Positions 48,288-61,516 of a stretch of 64,000 nucleotides of DNA are shown here, piece by piece. The stretch lies in NCBI GenBank assembly GCA_965113315.1, contig OZ220370.1; one strand, given 5' to 3'. The DNA is from Podarcis vaucheri (taxonomy: Eukaryota). The position numbers and the translations under genes are program-made. Each line of letters starts with the position of its first letter. Position 1 is the first letter of the stretch. The notes under the pieces were generated by a model. It had not been told where the DNA came from. It saw only the letters and a program-made list of their open reading frames with translations, and did not search any database.

Positions 48288-51200
48288 TATATATCATTGT
48301 AATTTATGAGTGTGTATGATACAAGTAACCATTTGACATTCTTGGTCACTGAAACCTCCCGTGTTGGTTTTTTTAAAAATCAATTATAAGTACATTCTCT
48401 TCCCAGAGTTTTAGTTGGTGGTCTTTGTACCGTGATACACAAACACACAGACTAAACCTCTGCTTTCCATGTACTTTTAAGACACATTCTGCCCTCCTGA
48501 AAGTGCAGCTCTCCATTTGCGGGACGGCTGCTAACAGGAAGGTGGCGTCAGTAGTGGCAGGACACAGAGCGGCAGACACAGAAGGCGGTAAGAACACACA
48601 GTGGCACCTGGGCTAAAGCTATAGCTAAAGAAGGTTGCACTGATCTGCTGTAATTCTCGTTTCAGAACAAAGGCAAGGCTGACCTGACCATTGTTTAAAG
48701 CATCCACCACTGAAACTAGGTTTTACGCGGGCATTTGAAATCACATAGTCCAGACTGAATGATTCTAAACAAAGCACTGCTTTTGGCTCAGCTGTATCAA
48801 ATGGTCGTATTAGTTTTGTTTTAAGGAGGCTTAATAACGTATCTGTGAGACCAAATTTTCGTCTTGTGTTTTGGAATGAGTCTCTTAAGGGTAGTTGGAA
48901 TTCACTTTTCAGATAACTGCTTTCTTCTTATTGCCAAATGTAATTAGTGTGATATGACAGTATAATACTGACTGTGGTTGGTTGTTTTGTTTTTTAAATT
49001 CCTAAACATGCCAATGAAGTACTGTTTAATTTATTTCACATTTTTCTCAGTATTCTCATAATTTCCATCTCACTGTCTCTTGGCAGTAAGATGGAGCAGT
49101 TTTCTGCTTCCTGCTTAGTTTGCTATCAATAAGAGATTATTGGGGTGGATAAAAAAATAGTTACATTACATAATATTTATTAAATTGTGTTGAATACAAA
49201 CATTCATAACTTGATTCTTTTTCAAATCTCAGGTCAGACCTGTTTTCAAACATACTACACTAAATCCTGTGGGTTTTTTTACATAAAAGAAAAAATAGGG
49301 AAAATGTTTTGACTTCAATAGTCGAGCATTAAGAACATGATACAATAAATCATGCACTGTGTTCATACTTTCTGACAATCATAAATATTTATGACTATTA
49401 ACCAAACAACAAGGACATTTACTTTTATCATAACTTAGAACAGAGGGATATTTGAAAGGACTTCCACCATGTTATATACAGAAGTTCTTGAATGAATTAT
49501 TATGGTATTCAATATGAAGACTTCTGAACATGCATTAACAGGATGCTGAAGTAGCTTTAGATATCCACAGCATTTCTATCTCAGGAAGTCCTGAATTATC
49601 ACTGATAAATGTCTCAATAAACTTCCAAAGAAGTTCAGAACCTAGTGCACCAAAAGTTAAATCTGAGTCTTCTGCTGTGAAAATCCACACAGATCTCACC
49701 AAGCTCAAGAACAAAGGATTTTTTATATATTAAAAAATAGCATTCTATGTTATATTCTAGTTAGCATCAATGGTAAAATCGCACTCTTGTAGAAGACAGT
49801 AACCTGATGTTCCTGGTTCCTTCTATTAGTAATCTCACGAAATTCTGAAGTCTGATATCCCCCATATAGGAATTTGTCTGCACAAAGCTAAATGGTAAAT
49901 GCAGAAGGAATGAGCATTCATTAAACATATTTGCCCCAATCTGGGGGCCTCAGTGTGCACATCGAGTTATGTGCACATTGAGACTTCAGTGATGGAGAAC
50001 GCTATATAATCCCCCATCCCTTTCTTCACCATTTAAGTTAATGGGAGAGCTCCTGCTGACAGTGAATTCCACGTCCATATCAGCAGACCTGCAACTCCCA
50101 TGAAATTTACTGCCTCTGAAAACCTAACGCTCTAAAATTCTGTTTCCCGTATAAACAAACAATCCTATATTCCTAAGCAATCCAAATGAAAATCATCTTG
50201 GAAAGTAACTGATCACAGCAACAAATAATATAAATTGCTTAACCACCATCTTAAAAAAAATAAAATTATGCATGCTTAGATTTGCACAAAATGAGTCAAT
50301 TTCCATCAATGACAAAATGATAAGAATGATGTGCTTCTCCCCCCACCCCACCCCACTTTTTAATAAAGATAGCAAGGCTTAGAAGGGGGCTTATACGGTG
50401 CACTTTTTAGCTCACTCAAATCTTTATCTTAAGGAAATAATTTAAGGGAGGTACCATGGGCTTTGAAAGGAAATTAAAATGTGCCTGCTAATGTAGCATT
50501 AATTTCCTTATAGCAATTTTGCTTGGATCAAGTCTGTGCACTGTGCATGCTTTGAATATGTGATTTCAAACTGATATTTCCTTTCTCGCATATGTTACCA
50601 CATTTAAGAAGTCTGAGATATTCCTTCCAAGGAATACATGACATGTGTGTGTAACATACACACATACGATATGAAAATTGACTCTTTGGGTACCATCAAG
50701 ATTTTTTTTTTTAGAGCACATCTTCGTAATTGTTTCCACTCCTGCGCCAACGGTTTTAACGCTGCCTTCAAAACCTTGAGTGGTAGTATTCACCACCTTG
50801 TTTTTCTTCGTGTTAGCTGAGCTGTGCAGCATGCATAGTAAATTCAGATTTTGAATAAGGTCATTGAAGGAAATAAGGTCAGCAAAGGCAATCTTGCTCC
50901 TGGTGGGACTGCTGCTCGCATGTTATTAAAAAGAAAGAAAAAAATGGAATCCCACCTGAAAAATTTAATTAATCGTTTCAAAATTCCTCTAACTCTCCTG
51001 AACAAGATCCTCCAGATTCACTTTGATTTTGCTTTAGGCAAATTTCAGTGACAAGTCTATTTGAGAACTTTTCCACAGGACTAATGAATACATGCATAGA
51101 TATACACACACTTATTCTCTTCCTCCCAACTCCGGAATCATTTGCTGGAAGGAAGTGGGTCGTGAAAGAAGTTCCTCAGATGACCACACCATTGTTCAAC

Positions 51201-52220
51201 CTACTTGTAGAATATTTGCTAAGGCACTCCCAAACATGAAGTGGGCCTGTAAGGAGAATTCACACACACAAGACTTTGCTATGAGGTAACTGTGATTCTG
51301 TGTCTATTTTGGTGCCACCTGTGAATGAAAGGAGTGCGAGTGTGTTTGTATGTAGGGCATTGTAATTCTCTACAGTCTGGTACCTAAAACCTAGATACTG
51401 ACTTGTATAGATGTGCAATTTTCCATTCTTAGTGTAATTACATAACTGTTAAAAGCACGTTTGTCTTAAGAGATATTCTTTAGGTAACTAAACACAACAT
51501 GCCAGACTTGTTCAAATTAACACACCTCTTCACAAATGATTTGAGTATGAATCATTGAATGCAGAATAATTTGGGATTTGCAATATGCCAACTCTGGAAT
51601 ACTAGGGGTATGCAAGGAAGACATCTCAACAAGGTTACCTAAGGGTTTTTTCTCATTCTTTAATGTGTGAAGGAGGAAGCAAAGCATCTGAAAACAATGT
51701 TCACAGGAAAGGATCAATGGCATGGATTTCTCAATGGCACTCCACTGGACTCATGCATCTTGAACAGCTGTTCAACTTCAAATACAGGCAACAAGTGGGA
51801 AGTGCAACTAAATGTTGGGGCAGGGAATGCTCTTTCTCATGACTGGTTGGCTGCTATCCTGCATTCTTCTCGTATGCCCCATTCCATTCCTACCCTCCGC
51901 CAATTACTTGGGCATACTCAGTGTTCAGAGGGCTGATTTGCGGTCACTCCAGTCTGTGTGTGTGTGTGTGTGTGTTTTACTTTTGCAGACTTTGGGACCC
52001 TTGCAATGCTGCTGCTACTTTCCAGGGCATGGGCAGTGCAGTTCCATCTATGTAAAGACCAACACAACAGATATTTATGTTCACTATTAGTACAGCAGCC
52101 CTGGTGCCATCCAGATGTTGTTGGACTCCCATCATGTCCAACCAGCATGAACAGGAATGATGTGCGTTTCAGCCCACAACATCTGGAGGTCACCAGGTCA
52201 GATAAAGCTGATACACTGTA

Positions 52221-52418
52221 CAGTGGAACCTCGGGTTACAGACGCTTCAGGTTACAGACTCCACTAACCCAGAAATAGTATTTCAGGTTAATAACTTTGC
52301 TTCAGGATGAGAACAGAAATTGTGTGGCAGTGGCGCGAGGCTCCATTAGCTAAAATGGAATCTCAGGTTAAGAATGGACTTCCAGAATGAATTAAGTTCT
52401 TAACCCAAGGTACCACTG
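52221..52418. mobile_element. Tc1/mariner-superfamily MITE
   Basis: TA|CAGTGGAACCTCGGGTTA ... TAACCCAAGGTACCACTG|TA; same subfamily as 62585-62826. Confidence 0.88.
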
Positions 52419-52926
52419 TATATGATGGCAGGTGCTGATTTCTGTGTCTTTCATTCGTTTTCACCCATCACTACTTTAGGGACATGAAAAATGTAGGAGC
52501 AGGGCTTTGAAACTAACTGTAAATTAGTTTCAATTAGAGGTTTGTGGTTATTAATCAGTTGTTGTTTTAAAGCCACATGTAGCACGGCTAAGTCCCTCCC
52601 TCACCCACCCCCTAGGAATCCGTCATAGGAATGTCAGTATGGTACAGTGGTGTTAAGACTACAATTGGCTGGATCCAGGTTCAAAACATCACTCAGCTGC
52701 GAAGAAGCTCACTGGGTGACTTTGGATTAGGCATTCTCTCATAGGAACTGTAAGGAAAAACCACTTGCTGAATCAGAACAAATCCAGCATTATGTTCCCA
52801 CAAAGATGCCTCTGGTGAAGGCCACAAGCAGAACCCTAGGAACTAGCATTCAAGTCAAGCCTAACTTGCATCCATGTTGCAAGGATAAAAAGTTGTGTTA
52901 GGAAGAAGGATCACCCATACAACCCT

Positions 52927-53125
52927 GGAAGGGCCACAGCTCAGTGGCAGAGCATCTGCACTTGCAAGCAGAAGCCCCCAAATTCAATCCCCGGCATCTC
53001 CAGGTAGAGTTGGGGGAGACCCCCTGCCTTAAATCCTGCAGAGTCACTGCCAGTCAGCATGTAGACAATACTGAGCAAGATGGGCCAATCGTCTGACTCT
53101 GTATATGACATCTTCCTATGTTCCT
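52927..53125 (+). mobile_element. tRNA-Ala-type SINE (Squam2-like)
   Basis: AGCTCAGTGGCAGAGCATCTGC..TTCAATCCCCGGCATCTCCA tRNA-Ala-like head; CTTCCTATGTTCCT tail. Confidence 0.8.
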
Positions 53126-53559
53126 TGAGAAAAGGGGACAAAGAAATGTAAACAAGCAGATACATGGCAGGCAGAAATCCAACCGATAACTCTTTTTACA
53201 AAGCAGGCAGGGCTATATATATTTATATATAACAAAGAAACCTGGTTTGCAGAGCGAGGTAACCCAACTTCCAAGGATTTTGCTCCCTTATTTATTTCAT
53301 TAAGATTGTGAAGGTGGGGAAACCAACCTCAAAGCGGTTTACAAAAATCCACAAAATTCAGTTTCAAACATGCAAAAGTCAGAGCACTAAAACAGATGAA
53401 AAGTACCTCAAGTTTCTAAGCATCTGGGTTAGGCTTGAGAGAACACGAAGGCTTTCAGCAGGAGCTGGAAAAAGCGTACGGTGAGGTGGAGCCTACTTGA
53501 CGTCAATAGGCAGGGAGTTCCAACGAACAGGCCTCTTCAGGCCTCTTGTGTCCCAGAAT

Positions 53560-54300
53560 TAAGGATGCCGCTGAGCTCGCCTTAAGCCCCATTTTGGGAC
53601 CCCCACCCCACCTTGACGCTACGCAACCCCTCTCCCCACCGACTGCCAGCCTCCCCCCTCCCCCATCCATCCCCCTCCTCCGTCACGGACTGACCTCTCT
53701 TTTCCTGAGGGAGGGGCTACTCCGCGAGACCCCGCCGCCCCGTTTCCCGCGCCGACCGAGGGGAAGAGACCATGCAGTTCGGTGACCCGGATTTCACTTC
53801 GGGCGTCGAGTTCTCCTTCGGGGATTCCTAGAGCAGCCGAGCTTGCTTCCACCACGCCGCGCGCCTTTCCGCTCTCCTCATCTCTATGGTGCTCCTCCGT
53901 CCTTTGCTTTCCTCAGCGTTGTAGGTAACTGCCGACAAAGCGCAGAGCGTCTCCCCAGCTGAAGCAGGAAATACTAATGAGATGCCCTTTACGTCTTTCC
54001 TAGAGCGGCTCCCCTCTCCCCCCCCCCGCAGCTTCGCGGTTCTTGTTCTCTGCTTTTGCCCATAGAGATAGTAAAAACAAAAATAAATACAAGAGTGGCA
54101 CGTCGTCCAAATCTCTGGCTTGAAAAGACCTTTTGATTTCTCCCTAAGAGCAAAGTGAGAGCTCTCCGTAGAAAAGAACACAGGAAAGAAACACAGGATT
54201 TTGTAATACGGGTGCGATTGGGCAGTAGGCACACCTCGCCCCCGCCCTCAAAGTAATATATAGGAAATGCTGAACTCCCAGGCTCCAAGTAACGTCTTTT
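53560..54300 (-). promoter_or_regulatory. PEX2: CpG-rich probable PEX2 promoter and non-coding exon 1
   Basis: Clearest non-TE CpG-dense segment upstream of PEX2. GC box near 54240, CCAAT (minus) near 54217, ETS-like CCGAAGTG near 53795. Candidate donor GAG|GTCAGT with the exon ending at 53695. Link to PEX2 is inferred. Confidence 0.7.
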
Positions 54301-55764
54301 TTCGTATGCAGAATGTGGTCCTAGGTTTGTTTTTCTTCTTCTAAGGATTTGTTGTCACGGATCTGCATGCAAGTCAGCAGAGCACAGGACTTCTGCATAC
54401 AGCTGAGTACTAGGTTGGGACTAGAAAGGGTCGGGGTGGAAATCGGTTGGCTTTTGGTTAAACCAAACCAGTTTTAAAATGAAAACCAAACCAGTCAACC
54501 TCAGCCCCACATGCAACATGAATAGCTGACTACGGTGCTATTCTCTCAGCGTCTGCCCAACCTACATCCAGAGCTCAGTGTCACTGGACTACTTTGCAGG
54601 GCTGTTGTAAACTTAAGCCTCAGGATGATCTCCAAAATGCATTAACAATGTACTGTTGTAGTCACTCTCAACTGCCTACCCGCCCCCAAGCCAAGATATG
54701 GGGGATAGGAAGGCCTGGGTTAAACAAAAGAGAGAGAGCATGGATTCCTGCCTTTGCTACTCCCTTTTTGGGGTGGACATTCTGATGCCCAGTCACAGAT
54801 TTGGTAAAAATGTAAATAAAATATAAAACACTTTGGTTTCCCCGTTGTTTCTCTCACTTCCGGAGAGGGAAAGGTTTAAAAATGGCTTCCAGAGTAAACC
54901 CAGAAGATCGCTATCCAGATGGTGAGCTACTCTACATTAACTCTGTGGGCTTGCCAAGCTTCTCCGCGGAGAGCTCAGCCGATTACGGCGAAGAGGCCAG
55001 GCGGGGTCAGCTGCCTGATGGGCGGCCCTTGCATCCAATCACATGGAAGGAAAAGCCGCGGACGACGTGTTGCCCAATGAGAGTTGATTGGAGAAATGGA
55101 ATTCAGAATCATTGCGCTGTTTAAGGAGTCGAGGGATGGGCAACTCTTTAGAATTAAATAGCCCAGCACCCTGATTGCAGCAGAGAGTAGCTTAATGCTC
55201 CACAAGCAAAGATTCTGTTTTGTTTGTATTGTAGCTGGTATTCAGAAGTATACTGCTTCTGAAACGGGAAGCTCTGTTTTAACAATAATGACTAATAATC
55301 CTCTATAAACCTGTCCAATATTTAATTTTTATTTAAAAGGCATCTAAGCCACGTCTGGCAGTGAGACCCACACACCAGTTATTTCTATTGGCATTCCATT
55401 TGTCAGAGGGTAACCTCACATAGAATGAGAAAGTGGGGGAAGGGGGGCAGTAGCCATTCATAAATAGATAAAGCTCCTGTCATATTCCCCCATCCTCTTC
55501 ATAAGAGGGCAGGGGTGTGTAATTTCTCTGGAACCTTGAAATTTACCCTTAAAAAGGAAAACAGCAAATTGGAAAGGATGTTTGGAGTTTCTTGTTATGC
55601 TCTCCTCTCTGCTTTTTTTCTTCCTTACAATGAGTGTGTGTTTTAAATCACATGGTCAGGAAAAGCCCTACACCATTTGGCATATTTCCCATTTGTTCAA
55701 CTTTTTAATACCTTGTTTTTTATTTTCTTTTAAAAATCCGTAGCCCATTTAAAAATGCACAATT

Positions 55765-55902
55765 TAGCTGAGTTGGTAGAGCATGAGACTCTTGATCTCA
55801 GGGTTGTGGGTTTGAGTCCCATGTTGGGCAAAAGATTCCTGCATTGCAGGGAGTTGGACTAGATGACCCTCATGGTTCCTTCCAACTCTACAATTCTATG
55901 AA
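55765..55902 (+). mobile_element. tRNA-Lys(CTT)-derived SINE with CR1 3' tail (best copy)
   Basis: TAGCTGAGTTGGTAGAGCATGAGACTCTTGATCTCAGGGTTGTGGGTTTGAGTCCCATGTTGGGC head, then AAAAGATTCCTGCATTGCAGGGAGTTGGACTAGATGACCC..ATTCTATG. Confidence 0.85.
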
Positions 55903-55958
55903 TTTGCATGTATTATTTATCCCTGTCATTTAAAACAAATCTAAGGATACTCTCTGTG

Positions 55959-55959
<1 letters not shown>

Positions 55960-55993
<34 letters not shown>
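55960..55993. repeat. (CA)n microsatellite
   Basis: Direct reading of the sequence. Confidence 0.95.
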
Positions 55994-55996
<3 letters not shown>

Positions 55997-57083
55997 TTTG
56001 TTGAGTGGCCACTGTTGCAAGAGGGAAATGTTAATGTGTTAATGTAACAGTATTGCCAACTTTGCAAGTAAATATGAAATGTTTGTACTGTTTGTGTGAG
56101 CTATTTGGTGGGTAGCCTAGGACAGGAGTGTTTCCCCAACAAGCTGTGCCCCAAACGCTGCACTGAGGTTTGATGTAGTTGTATGCCCTGCATGTTGTTA
56201 TTTCATAAGCAGCCACTCCCCCTGGTTACTGTACAGTACTTTCCACTTGTTTCCCCATTAAATGACCCTAGTAGGGGTAAAAGCTGTATCTTGGAAATGT
56301 GGTGTTCTGTAAGGTAGCTGCTGAAGGCACAAAAGCTCAGTCAGAAAACAACAGCCAGCCAAGCACTTCTGCTCCATTCTTTTGCCTTAGGAACTTGGTG
56401 AAATCATTGAATCTTTGATATCTGCATTGTGTGGTGGTTACCTCAAAGAGTATTTTTTAAATTAGATTTTTTTTAAAAAAAAACAGTTCTACCTTTTCCA
56501 CCCTAAAAAAGTCTAGCTGTTGAATTTGGTGCAACACATTCATTTGTAGAAGAAGAAAAGAAAAGAAGGTGTGTGTATGGGTTATGTTATTTTGCATGAC
56601 TTGTAACAACTGAACTTGCTTCTTCCATCCTAACATCTGAATAAGATGCAAAACCATGCTTACTACCTATCAGATTCAGATCTTGCTAATTCACAGCTAT
56701 TTTCTTTTTCTTCATCCCCCCCCCGCAATATTTTTATTAAGAATTTTGGCATAGCAGTATCAAATACAAAGTAAAGAAACCATGACAGGGGGAAAGGAAA
56801 ATAAAAAGCCAAAGGGGAAACAAAGACAGAACATCTGGCAAGAATGAGAAGGTAAAGCAAACCACAATCAATTCTCTAACTATAAGAGGCTCGCCTTGTT
56901 TCTCTTTGTTATGTCTTTCCAGGTATGTTGAAAGGGATGGCAGAAACAACCAGGCAAACAATGAGGAAATGCTGAGAAAGAGGAAAATGAAAGTCACATA
57001 ATCCACAATCTCATATAGACTGGTGGCGGAGACCTTTATGCTCTTTTTGACGGATGCAGTCGATAAAGTCAGACCACATGTTG

Positions 57084-57290
57084 CTACCTTCTAGACCTCT
57101 TGTGGAGGGGGCACATGAAGAAGGGCCTCAGATGATGATCACAAGCTCTGGGTTGGTTCATAAGAGGAGAGGTGGTCTGTGAGGTACTGGGGTCCTGAGC
57201 TGCATAATACTTTATAGGACAAAACAAACCCTTTGAATTGGGTCTGGAAACTAACTGGTATCCAGTGCAGTGGGGCCAAGATAGGCAATA
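57084..57290 (-). mobile_element. L2 LINE C-terminal fragment
   Basis: PILAPLHWIPVSFQTQFKGFVLSYKVL..GPQYL (L2 LHWLP..R..FK motif). Confidence 0.75.
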
Positions 57291-60200
57291 GCCCTCTCCC
57301 ACTGTTGTTCCCCACCACCTGGTATTCAAAGGCAGGCTGCCTCAGGTCCTGGATGAGTACCCACATTAATACAAACATAAATGCAGCGATTACAGTTCAC
57401 TTGCACAGTTTTAACAATTGCCAGACCTATTCCTGGTGCCCAAATGGCAACTGTGCCTGAACAGTAACTCATTTTCATAAACAATTTTTGGACTACATGG
57501 CCTTGAGTATGACCCTGAAGATTAATATATGTGTTGTACTGCCTCTAATTGGCCTGTTTGCCTCTTGATACACACACACGATTCACATTAAAGCTAATGG
57601 GGATTACGTGTGTGCCTAAAGGTTAGAAAATACTTTGGAAGGCTCTGTTACATCGTGTGGCGTTAATGATCTCCGAATTTCAGAGGTGCTTGGGGAAAGT
57701 AAAAGAAAGTAAATTGGGGGTGGGCATCATGCTTGCGTGAATACAGCAGTATACCCACCACACAAAACACAACAACCCAAATCTGTCAGTAGTGGAACAA
57801 GTTCAAATTGAGTCCAAAAGCTTCTTTGGTGACCCCGCTCTGAAACCTCTGATGCCTTTGAGGGTGTGTTCTTGTTGGGGATATCTTTACCCTGAGGAAA
57901 GATGTTCGCAACGTATCAAGCAGTCGTGTCTTATAACAAAGTACGGGATACATATGCATTTTAGTTAATGTCCTATGAACATGGATTGAAAACTCAGCAC
58001 TGGAAATACAGAAAGCAGGAGTGTGAACATAACCTTCCAATTAGGCTGTGTTCACATTAGTGGCCTGAAATGTATTCCCCCTGCCACACACACATACTGC
58101 TTTTCAAGCCATGTTTGCATAGAGATGCTCACATCAGAGAAGTTTTCATCCAGTTTTCTAATCAGATTGAAGCTGGCTTGAGAAGAATTGCATCAAACAG
58201 CAGTATTTGGCAGGAAATGACAGGGTCGATAGACATTTTGGCTAACGTGTGAATGCAGCTTCAAAAATCAGCAGTGGGGGTGCTGTGCATGCAGAGCAAG
58301 GGGTAACGTGAACATACCCTCAGATGAAGCCAGCCAGGTTATATGGTGGGACAAACTTTTGTTGTTGCAAGTTGTAACCCCGCAGACAGCCCAATGAGAA
58401 CTGAGCGTGCTCAGTGGCTATGGGATACTCAATAATTCCTCCTCCCAGGGTGGTGTAGAAATTGAAAACCATGTAGAGAGGGAATGGAATGGAGCAGATG
58501 GAATCGTGATAAGCAACCCTCCATTGTGCAACACACAGTTATAAATCCTGCTTGTGTTTTCCTTCATTCTTATTTGGGATGAGAGGATTTCTCCTACTGA
58601 AACTTACGGTACATGAGTTTAGGTTTAGGTTTGAAGAGGTGGAACTGAAGCAAATACTTGGGAGTTCACAGCTTCTGCATCATTTCCTCTCCCCGGCACC
58701 TGAAATCATATGGGCGATGGATTCAGAAAGTCAGGGAAGAAGACCCATTGAACTCAAGACATGCATAGAGATTACACTGTATGGGAAGTTCATGGTAATT
58801 TGCCACCTGCGGTTAACAAAAGTATCATATAAATGTATCATGCAGTTCAGCTTTCCCCTTACTTTCCTTTTATGAGCTAAACTTTACATTCATGATCAAT
58901 CATTTTAGTTAATGGCAAAGCTCTGTAGCCTCTCTGCTTTATTATTATTTTAAAAAATTACTCTTGTCTTTGTGTAGTTCGAGTCCTTTTGTTAATTATA
59001 CCAAACCAGATTTCCACTGAGACTCCAGCGGTAGTGCTATCAGCATGTGATCTGTCAAGGCCCCATGAAACCTTCTTCAATGGCTTTTGTAAGTTTAGTA
59101 CTTTTTCTGTGGACTCGCTTGTTGTACAAAAGGTGTGCTACTTGCACTGTTTTGATCAAAGTCAGGCTCATATGAGTCTTATCTTTTAATTTAGGCTAAT
59201 TTCAATTCTGGGGTTTTTTAAATAGATAATTCTCTCCTCCCTTGCCCTCAAAGGAAAGCAGTAGTTCTCCCTTGTGCTATAGCTCTGTGATCAGCCATTC
59301 AAGTATTCATCTTTCTTTTCTTTTAAGAAATGATAAGTCAAAGTTGATAAGTTACTTTGTTCTTTGCTTAAAACGTATTTTTTTATTTATGAATTAATAA
59401 GCTGCACTTAAAAAAATGCAGAATACAACATATAGAAATGAAGGCTACATTCACATTACAGTTTATTCCATTTCCCTGATATTTCCTTGCTTTTGATTTC
59501 CACATATTATTTGAGCTTCCCCACAAGGTAAAAGACACTTCCAGAAAACTAATGGAATATAGAACATGTTTAGCACTCATTTCCATTTTATTGGAAAAAT
59601 CTGTTTGCAGCCATCTTAACCTGGAAAACAGCAAAAGTAAAGTGACAAAATTTGGGGTGGGGCACCAGCATTTAGTTATTTCCTGTTATTTTCATGGGGG
59701 AATATTCATGCATGGAAAGAAGTGGGGACTAACAACACTGTCCAATAGCAGTTGTGTCATGCCACACCCACTGATGTGAATGAAATTTAGTGCAACAGGC
59801 TGGTATATTGGTCAAAAAGCCACAGTTCCCTAACACAGCAGGTACTGCAGTATGAAAGGAACATTAGCAAACAGGACAAAAGTCATATGTGATTATCAGC
59901 AAAACTAACACAATATTCCCCATGTCTGAATGCACCCAAAATGAACATAGTAAAATAACACCCTCATGCAATCTATACTGAAGCCCCTTTTGTCTGGGAA
60001 GAATTGCTGTATTTGGTATTGCCACTTTGGGGGCGGGGTGGGGGTTTCAAAACACAGCATGGCATACAATGGTGGACCTCCTTTGTTAAGGTTACCTCCA
60101 CACTATGTGGGAGGGATTCAAACACATAGAAGAAATGTGCTCTGTTGCCTTAGTTAGCACAACAAATCCACTTAAAACCAAACCAAAAACCAGACCTTTT

Positions 60201-61230
60201 GTAGTTAGGAAATTGACAGGGAAATGTACTGGAAATGGTGGGATGAATGAATGATTAACGAGAAGACACCTAAACACCCCCAAGTAAATCGGAACGAATG
60301 CTCATTGCCATATAACATCCCTGCAAACAAATCAGAACGAATGTTCAGTAAAGACCAGATTTAATATATTCTCTGTCTAAGCTTTCTTCCAGCAAAGCAG
60401 GATAAATGTTCAATAAACGGGTCAGCAGGAGGAGCCTTATAAGTGATGGGTTTTTTAAGGTAGGTGAGGGAATATAATGAACTATATTTTATTCCTTTAT
60501 AGACCCACGTGTGTGGGTTAGCAGACAAAAGGATCAGCATCTCTAGACATAGCTGAGACAGGACAATCTCACCCCCCCCACAGCAAGGAGTCCATTGCTC
60601 CAAGGGTCCTTGATGGTGGTGGGGAATATGAGGCTCTTTTTCCCCCCCATGCAAGCTGATGAAGGGATCACACTCTCAATTTGCCCAAAATCACATTCCT
60701 TCTTGATCACCAATGTTCTGCCTCCTCAGTCCTCACCCTGTGAAAATATGCGAGGGAAAGCTTTTAAAGTTAAGCTCAGCTGCGCAGATGTACATTGAGA
60801 AACATGTCCCTCCCCACCTCAAAAACATCCAGAGAGAGTACAATGGAGGATAAAACTCCTCCCTGTCCATTCATCTTCTCTTAATAAATTGTAACCAACC
60901 AGGGGGGAAATGCCTAGCCTAAAAGGGTCTGTGTGTGTGTCTTGGAGGACTCGGCTGCCTAGGGTTGTGTGCATCTTGGCAAGTGTGGACTGGTCCCTTC
61001 CAGCTAGAGGTGATTCAAAAGGATTACAGGTCACGTGGTCTCCTCAGTACATGGTTGCTGCAGCAAGAATGTGTGACACTGGTACTGGAATTAACCAAGA
61101 GCAATTCAGTGATTACCATTTCCATCTGTAGTCACTGAAATGTAGAGTCCCCCAACTGGGGAATGTTACTCGGTGCAAGCCATGTTGCACTGATAATGTA
61201 TGCATTGGGGTTTCTGTGTCTTTGTGATAC

Positions 61231-61516
61231 AGAAGAAGAAGAAGAAGAAGAAGAAGAAGAAGAAGAAGAAGCGGAGGAGGAGTTTGGATTTGATATCCCG
61301 CTTTATCACTACCCGAAGGAGTCTCAAAGCGGCTAACAATCTCCTTTCCCTTCCTCCCCCACAACAAACACTCTGTGAGGTGAGTGGGGCTGAGAGACTT
61401 CAAAAAAGCGTGACTGGCCCAAGGTCACCCAGCAGCTGCATGTGGAGGAGCGGAGACGCGAACCCGGTTCACCAGATTACGAGTCCACTGCTCTTAACCA
61501 CTACACCACCCTGGCT
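61231..61516 (-). mobile_element. CORE-type tRNA SINE (Squam3-like) with long (CTT)n tail
   Basis: Long (AGA)n run at 61231-61271 followed by a body near-identical to 21206-21447. Confidence 0.88.

Noticed and set aside
50566-51289. Cluster of short ORFs as a gene or ancient transposase
   Set aside because: No recognisable motif in any frame and no consistent exon structure.
54648-54936. Solo LTR (TGTAG...CTACA with AATAAA); similarly 32800-33330
   Set aside because: No matching TSD, PBS or PPT found by eye; left uncalled.
55765-55830. Functional tRNA-Lys gene (likewise tRNA-Ala at 52927)
   Set aside because: Substitutions in the A/B boxes and stems, direct fusion to LINE-like tails and multiple degraded copies show these are SINE heads.
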